Shown here piece by piece: positions 9,391 to 19,058 of a stretch of 64,000 bases of DNA; within the stretch, counting starts at the first letter, position 1; the number at the start of each line of letters is the position of its first letter. This DNA is from Candidatus Moraniibacteriota bacterium (GTDB lineage: Bacteria > Patescibacteriota > Minisyncoccia > Moranbacterales > GCA-2747515). The notes below the pieces were generated by a model. That model searched no databases and was not told the origin of the DNA. It saw only the letters and a list, made by a program, of their open reading frames with translations. The translations under genes were made by a program, and so were the position numbers. The stretch is from positions 160,276 through 224,275 of the forward strand of contig CP175956.1 in assembly GCA_046116545.1 (NCBI GenBank), in the 5' to 3' direction.

Positions 9391-10608
9391 TTATTTTACG
9401 ATTTTTGTTGCTACACCAGCACCAACAGTTCGTCCACCTTCACGGATTGCAAATCGCATTCCTTCTTCCATAGCAACTTCAGAACCAAGTCGCACTGTCA
9501 AAGTGATTGTATCACCAGGCATTACCATCTCTGTTCCTTCTGGCAAAATAACTTCACCAGTTACGTCAGTTGTTCGGATATAAAATTGTGGTTTGTAACC
9601 TTTGAAAAATGGAGTATGTCGTCCACCTTCTTCTTTTGTAAGAATATATACTTCACATTCAAATTCTACATGTGGAGTAATACTTCCAGGCTTTGCAAGC
9701 ACTTGTCCTCGCTCTACATCTTCTTTCTTTGTTCCACGAAGCAAGATTCCAGCATTATCACCAGCCTCACCATGATCAAGATTTTTATTGAACATTTCGA
9801 TTCCAGTAACTGTAGTTACTTGAGTATCACGAAGTCCTATGATTTCAACTTCATCATTTAGATTTAGTTGTCCACGTTCGATTCGCCCTGTTACAACTGT
9901 TCCACGACCTTCGATTGAGAAAATATCTTCAATAGGCATTAGGAATGGTTTTTCTGTATCACGTTCTGGAGTAGGAATCTTATCATCAAGAGCATCTAAC
10001 AAATCAAGCATTGGTTTTGCATCAGCATCATCAGGACTAGTTGTTTCAAGAGCCTTAATTGCGCTACCACGAACGATTGTTGCATTTTCTCCATCAAATT
10101 CATATTTTGTAAGAAGTTCACGAACTTCCTCTTCTACCAACTCTACTAACTCTTCATCATCAACTTGGTCAGTTTTGTTAATAAATACAACGATTTCTGG
10201 TACACCAACTTGTCTAGCAAGTAGAATGTGCTCACGAGTCTGTGGCATAGGTCCATCAGTAGCACTTACTACCAAGATAGCACCATCCATTTGTGCAGCA
10301 CCTGTAATCATGTTTTTAATATAATCAGCATGTCCTGGACAGTCAACGTGCGCATAATGACGTTTTTCTGAATTGTACTCACAGTGAGCTGTAGCAATAG
10401 TTATACCACGCTCTCTTTCTTCTGGAGCATTATCAATTTCATCAACATTCTTTTTTTCTGCAAGACCTTTCATAGAAAGTACGTGCAATAGTGCAGCAGT
10501 TGTAGTTGTCTTACCATGATCAACGTGACCAATTGTTCCCACGTTTACATGCGGTTTACTACGATCAAAATCTTCAGCCATATCTTTTGTTTTGTGCTTT
10601 GTATGCAA
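9391..10608 (-). CDS. tuf: Elongation factor Tu
   Basis: [18 protein letters not shown]...DCPGHADY...NKTD; the true start may be the internal MAEDF (10581). Confidence 0.95.
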   Translation of the reverse strand: MHTKHKTKDMAEDFDRSKPHVNVGTIGHVDHGKTTTTAALLHVLSMKGLAEKKNVDEIDNAPEERERGITIATAHCEYNSEKRHYAHVDCPGHADYIKNMITGAAQMDGAILVVSATDGPMPQTREHILLARQVGVPEIVVFINKTDQVDDEELVELVEEEVRELLTKYEFDGENATIVRGSAIKALETTSPDDADAKPMLDLLDALDDKIPTPERDTEKPFLMPIEDIFSIEGRGTVVTGRIERGQLNLNDEVEIIGLRDTQVTTVTGIEMFNKNLDHGEAGDNAGILLRGTKKEDVERGQVLAKPGSITPHVEFECEVYILTKEEGGRHTPFFKGYKPQFYIRTTDVTGEVILPEGTEMVMPGDTITLTVRLGSEVAMEEGMRFAIREGGRTVGAGVATKIVK

Positions 10609-10865
10609 TTAACCACACATACAAGCAACTTAATTATTAATTTAAAAAATTTATAAACATAAAAAAACTAACACATTGTATTATAGATAATTTTTTTTAT
10701 CTATGCAAGTGTTTCTGTAATCACATCAAGTTCATCTTGAAGTTCAAAACAGTATAAACACATTATCATTATTTGATTTCAATGTCAAGAGCTTTTATTT
10801 ACAAATCATAAAGTTAAGAAATTACAGTCTTTTATTATTCTTAAACTTTACAAATTTTATCTTTT

Positions 10866-11471
10866 TTACTCTAAAATTCCATCCAAATTAACATCATATT
10901 GAATTTGTTCGCCTATCAAACGATAATCAATTAATTCACTTTTATCAAACCAAATTTTCGTCTCCCTTTCAGCTTCTTCTGGACAATCACTGCAATGGAT
11001 TAAGTTTCGTACTGCTCTTTCATCAACACCAGCTAAGTCATATGAATCGACTGTATAATCACCACGCACTGTTCCGACATCTGATGATAAAGGCTCTGTA
11101 GCTCCAACTAGCTTCGTCACAACTCCAACAGCCTTGTTACCTTCCAACACCATTGCAAGTACCGGACCAGATGTCATGAATGTCACTAATTGTTTTATAA
11201 TATCCTTTCCATAATCAATTTCATCCTTTTCAACTGGCACACCCGCCTCTTTACGAGCACTGGCAATATTTGCACCTTTTTCCAAAAACCAATCATCTGT
11301 TTTATTATAATGAGTCCAACATTGTTCTTCAGTGGGTACTAAAAATTTAAATCCTACAAATTTTAACCCAGTTCTCTCAAATCGTCCAACAATATCACCA
11401 ATCAATGCTCGTTGTACTCCATCAGGTTTAATTATTACAAAAGTTCTCTCTCTTCTTGATGTTTTGTCCAT
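10866..11471 (-). CDS. ndk: Nucleoside diphosphate kinase (long form with insertion)
   Basis: TFVIIKPDGVQRALIGDIVGRFERTGLKFVGFKF; 201 aa versus the typical ~140. Confidence 0.85.
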   Translation of the reverse strand: MDKTSRRERTFVIIKPDGVQRALIGDIVGRFERTGLKFVGFKFLVPTEEQCWTHYNKTDDWFLEKGANIASARKEAGVPVEKDEIDYGKDIIKQLVTFMTSGPVLAMVLEGNKAVGVVTKLVGATEPLSSDVGTVRGDYTVDSYDLAGVDERAVRNLIHCSDCPEEAERETKIWFDKSELIDYRLIGEQIQYDVNLDGILE

Positions 11472-11558
11472 ATGATTATTTATAATTATTTATAAAACAT
11501 TACAAAAAATTATAACATCAAAAATGCAACCTGTAAATAACTATTTTTCATACTTTAT

Positions 11559-12407
11559 TTATCTTACACTTATAGTGCAATCGTCATTGCAAATGTAAAC
11601 AATGTCACCTAATTTATCTGTGCGAAATATATGTGCACTAACATCTAATATCCTATTCAATACATCTTCATGTGGATGTCCATATCTATTTTCCCTTCCT
11701 GCTGATATTATTACATCTCTAGGATTAACTTTTTCCAAAAATGTTTCACTTGTGGATGATGCTGAACCATGATGACTAGCTTTGAGCACTGTAATTGTAT
11801 CGTCTATTGGCAAAATATCCTCAATATCACTTGATAAATCACCCCCTAAATAGAAAAATTCATCACTGATTTGTAAAATTAATGCAATACTCACATTATT
11901 TATGTCCTCAACATCTCCAACTCTTTCATTAAATGGATAGATTACACTCAGATTAACCCCTTCCATACTCATACCCAGCCCATTAAAAGCAGTTATATCT
12001 TTTAATTCTTTTTCTTTTTTTGCACTTTGAAATAATTTTGTACTTATAGATGTATCTTTACTTGCTTCAGTATGCCAAAATTGATCTACAGAATAATTTT
12101 CGAATATACTTATGAGTCCATCTATATGGTCACCATCAGGATGAGTTGCAATTACTATTTCAATATTTTTATCCCAAAATGGAATATATTTACCCAATCG
12201 CTCCATGAGAACTGTTCCATCTGGGCCACCATCAATTAAAATTTGTTGTGAACCTTTTGATATTAAAATTGCATCACCCTGTCCCACATCTAGAAATGCT
12301 ACAATTACTTCATCTTTATTATACATTTGGTAAATAATCATTCCACATATTATTCCGACAACTATAGCGGCAATCATAACTATGTATATTATTCTTCTAT
12401 GTTTCAT
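11559..12407 (-). CDS. ComEC C-terminal-type metallo-beta-lactamase domain protein with its own N-terminal TM anchor
   Basis: DVGQGDAILI...HPDGDHIDGL...HHGS are MBL motifs; the N-terminal hydrophobic helix is MKHRRIIYIVMIAAIVVGIICGMIIY; overlaps the upstream ComEC membrane ORF by 11 nt. Confidence 0.8.
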   Translation of the reverse strand: MKHRRIIYIVMIAAIVVGIICGMIIYQMYNKDEVIVAFLDVGQGDAILISKGSQQILIDGGPDGTVLMERLGKYIPFWDKNIEIVIATHPDGDHIDGLISIFENYSVDQFWHTEASKDTSISTKLFQSAKKEKELKDITAFNGLGMSMEGVNLSVIYPFNERVGDVEDINNVSIALILQISDEFFYLGGDLSSDIEDILPIDDTITVLKASHHGSASSTSETFLEKVNPRDVIISAGRENRYGHPHEDVLNRILDVSAHIFRTDKLGDIVYICNDDCTISVR

Positions 12408-13845
12408 ATAATATTTTTTTATTTACAAAATAAACAATACTTACAACTATCACATAATAAATTATAAACCACATTATGTTAACATCTTCCACAGCAATAC
12501 TGCTCCACGAAATTTTTGATAAAATATCTATTATAAATATTTCATAAGAAAGTAAAAAATACGCCATCCAACCAAACATCAATGCTATTGGATAAAAAAC
12601 AAAGCTACTTACTACAGTCATAAATACAAGCAGCATTGTCACTGGTATTATGGGCAATATCAAAATATTTGCCAATAACGAAACTACTGATATTGTGTGA
12701 AAATTATATGCAATAATTGGTAGTACAAGTATTTGAGCACTTACAGTCAATAATAATATATCCACAATTCCAAATGCTTTATTTTTAGAAACAAAATATT
12801 TTTCTAATATTGGATATACAGCAACTATTCCAAGTGTTGCTAAAAATGATAATTGAAACCCAACATCATACCTAAGTAGCAAAGGATTAAATGCTATCAT
12901 AATAGCCCCCGTGAAAAATATTGCTCCATATGCATGAGATACTCTTCCATATGATGCCGCTATCAAAATCATTGAACCCATGATAGCTGCTCGTACACCC
13001 GAAGATGGAAATCCTATAAGTGCCACAAAAAATATAACTGCTAGTATTGCAAATATCACAGAATGCCGTCTGTTTACTCCCATGAAAATAACGATTCCCA
13101 TAACAACTGCGACAATGACTGATACATTGTATCCAGATACCGCAACTATGTGAGTCATGCCTGTTGTTGAGAAATTATTTTGTAATTCATCAGATAGTCT
13201 ATCATCACCTCCAAAAAGAAGCCCATTTGCCAATGCTGCCTGAGGAGATGGAATTATATTATTCACAATACTTTCCATTTTATTTCTAAATACTGCCAAT
13301 CTACTCAAGATACTTTGTTCAAATCCTATGGTTTCGTATTCAAAATCATCACAAATATATTCAACTCCGTTCATAAATAAATATTTTTGATAATCAAAGT
13401 CATTATATTGCTCTGGTAATCCTGTTATGCATTTTAAATTCACAAGACTTCCCCATTTCAAATCTGTATACTTTTCATCTTTTATTAAAACAGTATTACC
13501 CTCAATATACGTCAATACAACATCAGATTTCCAACCTTTTTGTACAACATCTTTTTTGACTATAGCAACACCAAACAGTTTTTCTCCAACATTATTTTTT
13601 ACATTATCAATTTCGCTTAAAACTTCGTTCATTGTAACCATGCCCATGACCAAAAATAATACAGAAAGAACGAGACACCAAACCCACTCTTTTTTATAAA
13701 AAACAAAAATTAATATAATAATAAAAGTGCTAATAACAAAAATAGATGTATCTATAGATACATCCAAAAAAGAAAATAACCCTATCCCACAAATAAATCC
13801 CACAGATCCCCACAACACAAATTTTGATATGTGAGATAAGGACAT
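12397..13845 (-). CDS. comEC: ComEC/Rec2 competence membrane channel domain (DUF4131 plus competence domain)
   Basis: Polytopic membrane protein; GMTHIVAVSGYNVSVI is the competence-domain motif; adjacent to the MBL ORF. Confidence 0.8.
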   Translation of the reverse strand: MSLSHISKFVLWGSVGFICGIGLFSFLDVSIDTSIFVISTFIIILIFVFYKKEWVWCLVLSVLFLVMGMVTMNEVLSEIDNVKNNVGEKLFGVAIVKKDVVQKGWKSDVVLTYIEGNTVLIKDEKYTDLKWGSLVNLKCITGLPEQYNDFDYQKYLFMNGVEYICDDFEYETIGFEQSILSRLAVFRNKMESIVNNIIPSPQAALANGLLFGGDDRLSDELQNNFSTTGMTHIVAVSGYNVSVIVAVVMGIVIFMGVNRRHSVIFAILAVIFFVALIGFPSSGVRAAIMGSMILIAASYGRVSHAYGAIFFTGAIMIAFNPLLLRYDVGFQLSFLATLGIVAVYPILEKYFVSKNKAFGIVDILLLTVSAQILVLPIIAYNFHTISVVSLLANILILPIIPVTMLLVFMTVVSSFVFYPIALMFGWMAYFLLSYEIFIIDILSKISWSSIAVEDVNIMWFIIYYVIVVSIVYFVNKKILYET

Positions 13846-13872
13846 TATTTACCTAATTAAAAATTAGTAAGT

Positions 13873-14091
13873 TTACATTATTTCAATGATTTTATTTTTA
13901 CTTTTTTGTCCTTTTAGTATTTTTATATTAGATTTGGGTACTTTGAAATAATCAGCTAAAAGTTTTAAAATTGCTTTATTTGCTTTCCCATCAACTGGGA
14001 TAATTGTTGTACGTATTCTATAACTATTATCACTACATTTTTGGACAATATTTTTATGCGCCCTTGTAACTACTCGTACACTTATCTTCAT
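13873..14091 (-). CDS. DUF167 (YggU-like) small protein
   Basis: 72 aa, VRVVTRAHKNIV...IPVDGKANKAILKLLADYFKVPKSNIKILKGQKSKNKIIEI. Confidence 0.7.
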   Translation of the reverse strand: MKISVRVVTRAHKNIVQKCSDNSYRIRTTIIPVDGKANKAILKLLADYFKVPKSNIKILKGQKSKNKIIEIM

Positions 14092-14116
14092 GATATACTA
14101 TCCAATCTTTTATCGA

Positions 14117-14572
14117 TTAATCCTCCATTATCTCTTGAATAACTTTTCGAAAACTGTCCACAGAACCAACAGACTTATACACACTTGCAAATCGTATAAA
14201 TGCAACATCATCTACATCTCGCAACTTATTCATAATAATTTTACCTATTGCACGACTCTTCATTTCCCTCTTTTCTTTTGATTGAATTTCATATTCGATT
14301 TCTGAAATCAACTTTTCAATCTGTTCTTCCTTAACAGGCCGTTTTTTCAATGCCCTTCTAAGACCACTTTCAACTTTTTCTCTATTGTACTCTTCTTTTG
14401 TTCCATCACGCTTAACTACAGTTAACCTTAATAATTCGATTTCTTCATAAGTAGTAAATCTTTCACTACACTTTAAACATTCACGTCTACGACGAACAGC
14501 ACGACCTTTTTTTATACTTCTAGAATCAACAACTTTAGTTTGTTGAGGTTTTTTGCAAAATGGACATTTCAT
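14117..14572 (-). CDS. nrdR: Transcriptional repressor NrdR
   Basis: MKCPFCK...CLKC zinc ribbon, then an ATP-cone domain. Confidence 0.9.
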   Translation of the reverse strand: MKCPFCKKPQQTKVVDSRSIKKGRAVRRRRECLKCSERFTTYEEIELLRLTVVKRDGTKEEYNREKVESGLRRALKKRPVKEEQIEKLISEIEYEIQSKEKREMKSRAIGKIIMNKLRDVDDVAFIRFASVYKSVGSVDSFRKVIQEIMED

Positions 14573-14694
14573 AAACCAATACTCAGTAATTAATAACTAA
14601 AATTATACAACAACACTGTGTCAAAACAAAATATATGTACTATCTATTATATAAAAATAATTAATATTTAAAATGTTTATCACATTATTTATGT

Positions 14695-14731
14695 AAAAAA
14701 CCTCACGACAATATGTTGTCGTGAGGTTTTG
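14695..14731. terminator. Rho-independent terminator (bidirectional)
   Basis: AAAAAA-CCTCACGACA-ATATG-TTGTCGTGAGG-TTTTGG downstream of the 14760..14969 gene. Confidence 0.8.
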
Positions 14732-14759
14732 GTGCCTAGAGGAGGTTGATCTCTGCAGA

Positions 14760-14969
14760 TTAGACTCCTTTTTCGAGTTTAAAGGCTTTGAAAAATCTTT
14801 TACCGGCTGCAGTACGACGTTCTCGCACTTGGGCAAGATTTTTTGGTCTCCAAAGCGTGCCAGTAGTGTCACCATCTTTTGTTGGGTAGGTATCATGACA
14901 TGAGACAAGGATTGGGCATAAATTAATGCAAACTAGATTATCTAGTTGTAAGTCTGTATCTTGTGACAT
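14760..14969 (-). CDS. Small Cys/His-containing protein (69 aa), function unknown; weak L31-like pattern
   Basis: Strong SD AAGGAGAG upstream of the ATG; terminator downstream; MSQDTDLQLDNLVCINLCPILVSCHDTYPTKDGDTTGTLWRPKNLAQVRERRTAAGKRFFKAFKLEKGV. Confidence 0.6.
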   Translation of the reverse strand: MSQDTDLQLDNLVCINLCPILVSCHDTYPTKDGDTTGTLWRPKNLAQVRERRTAAGKRFFKAFKLEKGV

Positions 14970-15135
14970 TTCTTCTCTCCTTGTTTTTTAAAGCGTTAAT
15001 ATTGGATACTGTTAAAATAATACAATACTAATAAAAAGTCAAAGTATAAAAATAAAGTCATACATTGACAAGTGTACAAAAAGATGTAAACTAAATTCAT
15101 TATAAAAGTTGGTTCATTTAAAAAAGGAGATTTAC

Positions 15136-15768
15136 ATGTCTCATTCAATTGGAACAAATGCTATTGCAATAAGTTGTGTTGATGATTTGAATTCACTACG
15201 AAAAATCATCATGCCAGATGCACCTAAAGTTTCTTGGAATTATTGGGAAACAATTATGCGCTCAGGTGGTAAAATTATAACCTGCTTCAATGACAATACT
15301 AATCAAGTTGTTGGAATGTTGATTTTGATGCCTGACAAAAACTTGTCGGATATTCACATATGCGAAACATCCACATTAGAGCCAGGTCCAAATCCCATAT
15401 ATACAGCTTTAATTAGTGAGGCTTACCGAGAAATTAAAAAATCTGGACTTACTCTAATATTAAAGTATATCCAAAAGCATAATCCTGTGCATGATAATGC
15501 TATCATAGTTAAAAATGAATGCTGTTTACGAATCCTCGGCCAAGATTTTGAATCAATTTCTGATATTTCTGAGGCTGAAGATTTGGTTGTCGTAGTGGAG
15601 AGTTATTTTGAAAGACTCATCAAATCAATACAGATTGATTCTGTAGAGTTAGATACATTCGTTCAGATGATCGAAAAAACACTCACAGAACAAACTGCTT
15701 TCATCTACAACTTTCGAAAATGTGTTTACGGTCTCAATGACTTAACAATTATAACTAATAACCGTTAG
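15136..15768 (+). CDS. Hypothetical protein (210 aa from ATG 15136)
   Basis: AAGGAGAT SD sits 6 nt before ATG 15136 (the ORF track starts at 15109); no recognisable domain. Confidence 0.6.
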   Translation: MSHSIGTNAIAISCVDDLNSLRKIIMPDAPKVSWNYWETIMRSGGKIITCFNDNTNQVVGMLILMPDKNLSDIHICETSTLEPGPNPIYTALISEAYREIKKSGLTLILKYIQKHNPVHDNAIIVKNECCLRILGQDFESISDISEAEDLVVVVESYFERLIKSIQIDSVELDTFVQMIEKTLTEQTAFIYNFRKCVYGLNDLTIITNNR

Positions 15769-15780
15769 TTTATAAAAAAT

Positions 15781-15811
15781 GCTGTGAAATAATTTCACAG
15801 CATTTTTATTT
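15781..15811. terminator. Bidirectional rho-independent terminator shared by the convergent hypothetical gene and rarA
   Basis: GCTGTGAAAT-A-ATTTCACAGC followed by TTTTTATTTT. Confidence 0.8.
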
Positions 15812-17071
15812 TATATACTTTTTATCTTTTATCTTATCGGGTAAAAACTGCTGCGTTTCATTTTCTTCTTTTGTTGACATGGGTGTATATTTATAATCCT
15901 TACCATAATCCAAATCTTTCATCATTTTTGTAGGTGCATTCCGAAGGTGTAGTGGTACTGGTAAATTTCCCAAATCATTTACATCATCAAGTGCACTTTT
16001 ATATCCTTCATAAACTGAAATACTTTTTTTACTTTTGGCCATATATACAACAGCTTGAGCAAGATTCACACCACATTCAGGCATACCTATAAATCTGCAT
16101 GCATCATACGCTGCAACTGCCTGAGGTAATGCAAATGAATTTGCAAGTCCTATGTCTTCTGATGCAAATCTTACAATTCTTCTAGCTAAATATAATGGGT
16201 CTTCGCCACCTTTAAGCATTCTAGCTAAATAATAAATACTTGCATCCGCATCTCCTCCACGCATAGACTTATGTAGCGCTGAAATTAAATTATAATGTTC
16301 CTCCCCATTTTTATCATATAATAGATTTGAATTTTGAAGAGCTTGTTCTATATGTTTCTTTAACACTGTACAACTATCTTCTTCATTTTCTGAATTAGCA
16401 AATTCAACTGCAACTTCTAATGCATTTAGTGCCGTCCTCGCATCACCATTTGACATCAGCGCTAAATATTCTTTGACATTTTTCTTTATCTTTATTTTTT
16501 GAACTCCTAAATTTTCTTGTGAGTTTTTTAGTGTATTGTCCACAATCTGTACAATGTCTCCCTTTTCAAGTGACTTCAACACAAAAACTCTAGCACGAGA
16601 CAATAATGCACTATTCACTTCAAAGCTAGGATTTTCGGTTGTTGCTCCTATAAAAATGATTGTACCATCCTCAACGCTTGGCAAAAAAGCATCTTGTTGT
16701 GCTTTGTTAAATCTATGAACCTCATCTATGAATAATATTGACCTTGTTCCAAGTCTTGCATAGCTTTCAGCATCTGCAATAGCCGCTCGCACATCTTTCA
16801 CGCCAGCATTAATAGCTGACAACTGTACAAAGTGAGCAGATGTTTCACTAGCAATAATTCTTGCCAATGTGGTCTTACCAGTACCAGGAGGTCCCCACAA
16901 AATCATAGATGATATTTTATCATTATCAATCATTGTACGTAAAATTTGACCATCTCCGATGAGCTGCTCTTGACCATAAAAATCTGAAATTGTCTGAGGA
17001 CGCACACGTTCTGCAAGTGGTTTATTTATATTCATATATATCATTATTGCAAATGAATCTACAATTTGCAA
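15806..17071 (-). CDS. rarA: Replication-associated recombination protein A (AAA+ ATPase)
   Basis: [19 protein letters not shown] is a Walker A motif; the MgsA C-terminal domain follows. Confidence 0.9.
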   Translation of the reverse strand: MQIVDSFAIMIYMNINKPLAERVRPQTISDFYGQEQLIGDGQILRTMIDNDKISSMILWGPPGTGKTTLARIIASETSAHFVQLSAINAGVKDVRAAIADAESYARLGTRSILFIDEVHRFNKAQQDAFLPSVEDGTIIFIGATTENPSFEVNSALLSRARVFVLKSLEKGDIVQIVDNTLKNSQENLGVQKIKIKKNVKEYLALMSNGDARTALNALEVAVEFANSENEEDSCTVLKKHIEQALQNSNLLYDKNGEEHYNLISALHKSMRGGDADASIYYLARMLKGGEDPLYLARRIVRFASEDIGLANSFALPQAVAAYDACRFIGMPECGVNLAQAVVYMAKSKKSISVYEGYKSALDDVNDLGNLPVPLHLRNAPTKMMKDLDYGKDYKYTPMSTKEENETQQFLPDKIKDKKYIK

Positions 17072-17123
17072 TAAGCTCCTTAACCTTTCAACTTTTCAAG
17101 TTTTAGATTATACTAAAGTTATT

Positions 17124-18614
17124 ATGAAACAGACTGAAATTACAATTGATGAAGTTATAAAATCATTCAAAAATCCACCAAATCATGATGGTGAAAAACT
17201 TGTACGTAATGCTTTTGAATTTGCACATAAAGCTCATGGAGATCAGAAACGAGCTAGTGGTATGCCCTACATTCATCACCCATTATCAACTGCAAAAATA
17301 TTAGCAACAATCGGGATGGATGCCCGCACAGTTGCAGCAGGTCTTTTGCATGATGTTCCAGAGGATACTTCAGAAACATTATCTACTATTTCCAAAAAGT
17401 TTGGACCAGATATCTCTCAAATGGTAGAAGGTATAACTAAACTTGGTCGCATCAAATTGCGTGGCACAAAAGAAGAACATAAACTTGAAAATTGGAGAAG
17501 AATGTTTCTTGCTATGGGTGCTGATATTCGAACTGTTATCATCAAACTTGCTGATAGATTGCACAATATGCAAACACTAGAGCATTTGCGTCCAGATAAA
17601 AGAATTCGAATTGCGAATGAAACAATGGAAATATATGTACCTATTGCAAACAGATTAGGAATTGGAGAGATTCGTAGTGAACTTGCTGACTTGTCTTTTA
17701 TGTATTTGCAACCAGAGGAATATAAAAAAGCTAAACTCCTTAGCGAAGAAAAATTAAAAGAAAAAGAATTATATGTCGATAAGGCCATTATTGAAATAGA
17801 GCAATCACTCAAGAATGAAGGAATTCATGCCAAAGATATTCATGGTAGAGCTAAAAATATCCAGAGTCTTCATATGAAATTACAAAAACATGATATGGAT
17901 ATAAATAGAGTTTTTGATTTAATTGCTGTGCGAGTAATTGTCAAAGATGTTGCAGAATGCTATGAGACTCTTGGAATCGTACATAAAAAATACCGTCCAA
18001 TGATAGGACGTATCAAAGATTATATTTCACTACCAAAACCAAATGGATACCAATCAATACACACTACAGTATTCGGACCAGATGGTCGAGTTATGGAAAT
18101 ACAAATAAGAACACAGAAAATGCATGATGAAGCTGAGTTTGGAATTGCAGCTCATTGGCTATATGAAACAAAGAAGAAAAAAGGTTGGCGAAGTTACTTC
18201 CTGCCAAAAGAAACTGAAGTTGATAAAAAAGAAGTTGAGTGGGTTAAACAACTACAAGAATGGCAAGAAGACCTTGGTAATAATCCAGAAGAGTTTATGG
18301 AAGGTCTTAAGGTAGATTTCTTAAAAAATCATATCTTTGCATTTACTCCACTTGGAGATATTATAGAACTACCTGAAGGAGCTAGCGTCATTGATTTCGC
18401 ATATGCGATTCACACTGATGTTGGTCATACAGCAACTGGAGCAAAGATAGATGGTAAAATGTCCTCACTTGATTCTGTTGTGAGAAATGGACAAATTATA
18501 GAAATAATAAAAGATAAAAATAGACCTTCCCCAAATGCAGACTGGCTCAATTTTGTAAAAACTTCTCATGCAAAAAGCGCTATACGACGAGCTGTAAATA
18601 AAGAAAATACATAA
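17124..18614 (+). CDS. Short RelA/SpoT homolog (HD hydrolase, synthetase and TGS domains; lacks C-terminal regulatory domains)
   Basis: HDVPEDT is the HD motif; the synthetase region is RAKNIQSLHMKL...IAVRVIV; the TGS region is FAFTPLGDIIELPEGASVIDFAYAIHTDVGH; only 496 aa. Confidence 0.85.
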   Translation: MKQTEITIDEVIKSFKNPPNHDGEKLVRNAFEFAHKAHGDQKRASGMPYIHHPLSTAKILATIGMDARTVAAGLLHDVPEDTSETLSTISKKFGPDISQMVEGITKLGRIKLRGTKEEHKLENWRRMFLAMGADIRTVIIKLADRLHNMQTLEHLRPDKRIRIANETMEIYVPIANRLGIGEIRSELADLSFMYLQPEEYKKAKLLSEEKLKEKELYVDKAIIEIEQSLKNEGIHAKDIHGRAKNIQSLHMKLQKHDMDINRVFDLIAVRVIVKDVAECYETLGIVHKKYRPMIGRIKDYISLPKPNGYQSIHTTVFGPDGRVMEIQIRTQKMHDEAEFGIAAHWLYETKKKKGWRSYFLPKETEVDKKEVEWVKQLQEWQEDLGNNPEEFMEGLKVDFLKNHIFAFTPLGDIIELPEGASVIDFAYAIHTDVGHTATGAKIDGKMSSLDSVVRNGQIIEIIKDKNRPSPNADWLNFVKTSHAKSAIRRAVNKENT

Positions 18615-18617
18615 AAA

Positions 18618-18649
18618 AATAACACATCATGAGACGTGTTATTTTTTTA
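18618..18649. terminator. Rho-independent terminator
   Basis: AAAAAAATAACAC-loop-GTGTTATTTTTTTAT. Confidence 0.75.
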
Positions 18650-18691
18650 TAAATACTCTGAAGTTATTTTTGAGTTATTTGTAGATTATTT

Positions 18692-19039
18692 TTAGATTTC
18701 TTCTAATCTAATATTGACATTCACTTTTTCGTTTGGCAAATTAGTAGATTGTACAATTATTGCTTTACCGCTAACATGTCCATCAAACACCATACTTGAA
18801 ACACCTTCTTGACGCACTGTTAATAATTCTCTTTCCACCAATCCCTGATCAGTCAATGACTTTTTATAAAAATCAACTACCTCATCCATTGATAGACTGG
18901 TCTGAAAATTTATACTATCCACTGATCCTTGTTCCATGAAATTTTCTACTTTTTCTGGTAATGGAAATTGAGAGGAAACACCTCCACAACCAACAAATAT
19001 AAATAATACAACTGCTACAATTATCATTTTTTTCTTCAT
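18692..19039 (-). CDS. Lipoprotein, hypothetical
   Basis: Signal peptide with lipobox: MKKKMIIVAVVLFIFVGC. Confidence 0.7.
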   Translation of the reverse strand: MKKKMIIVAVVLFIFVGCGGVSSQFPLPEKVENFMEQGSVDSINFQTSLSMDEVVDFYKKSLTDQGLVERELLTVRQEGVSSMVFDGHVSGKAIIVQSTNLPNEKVNVNIRLEEI

Positions 19040-19058
19040 AGTTTTTTACTTTAAATAA

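Noticed and set aside
14621-14908. 95-aa minus-strand ORF overlapping the 14760..14969 gene
   Set aside because: It is in a different frame from a gene with a strong SD and terminator, has no RBS, and its C-terminal half is I/N/Y-rich junk spanning the nrdR promoter region.
15109-15135. Alternative upstream start for the 15136..15768 gene (track ORF starts at 15109), and similarly 39426 for dnaX and 46648 for the 103-aa gene
   Set aside because: SD spacing supports the downstream ATGs (15136, 39501, 46621). The upstream extensions are hydrophobic or AT-codon junk.
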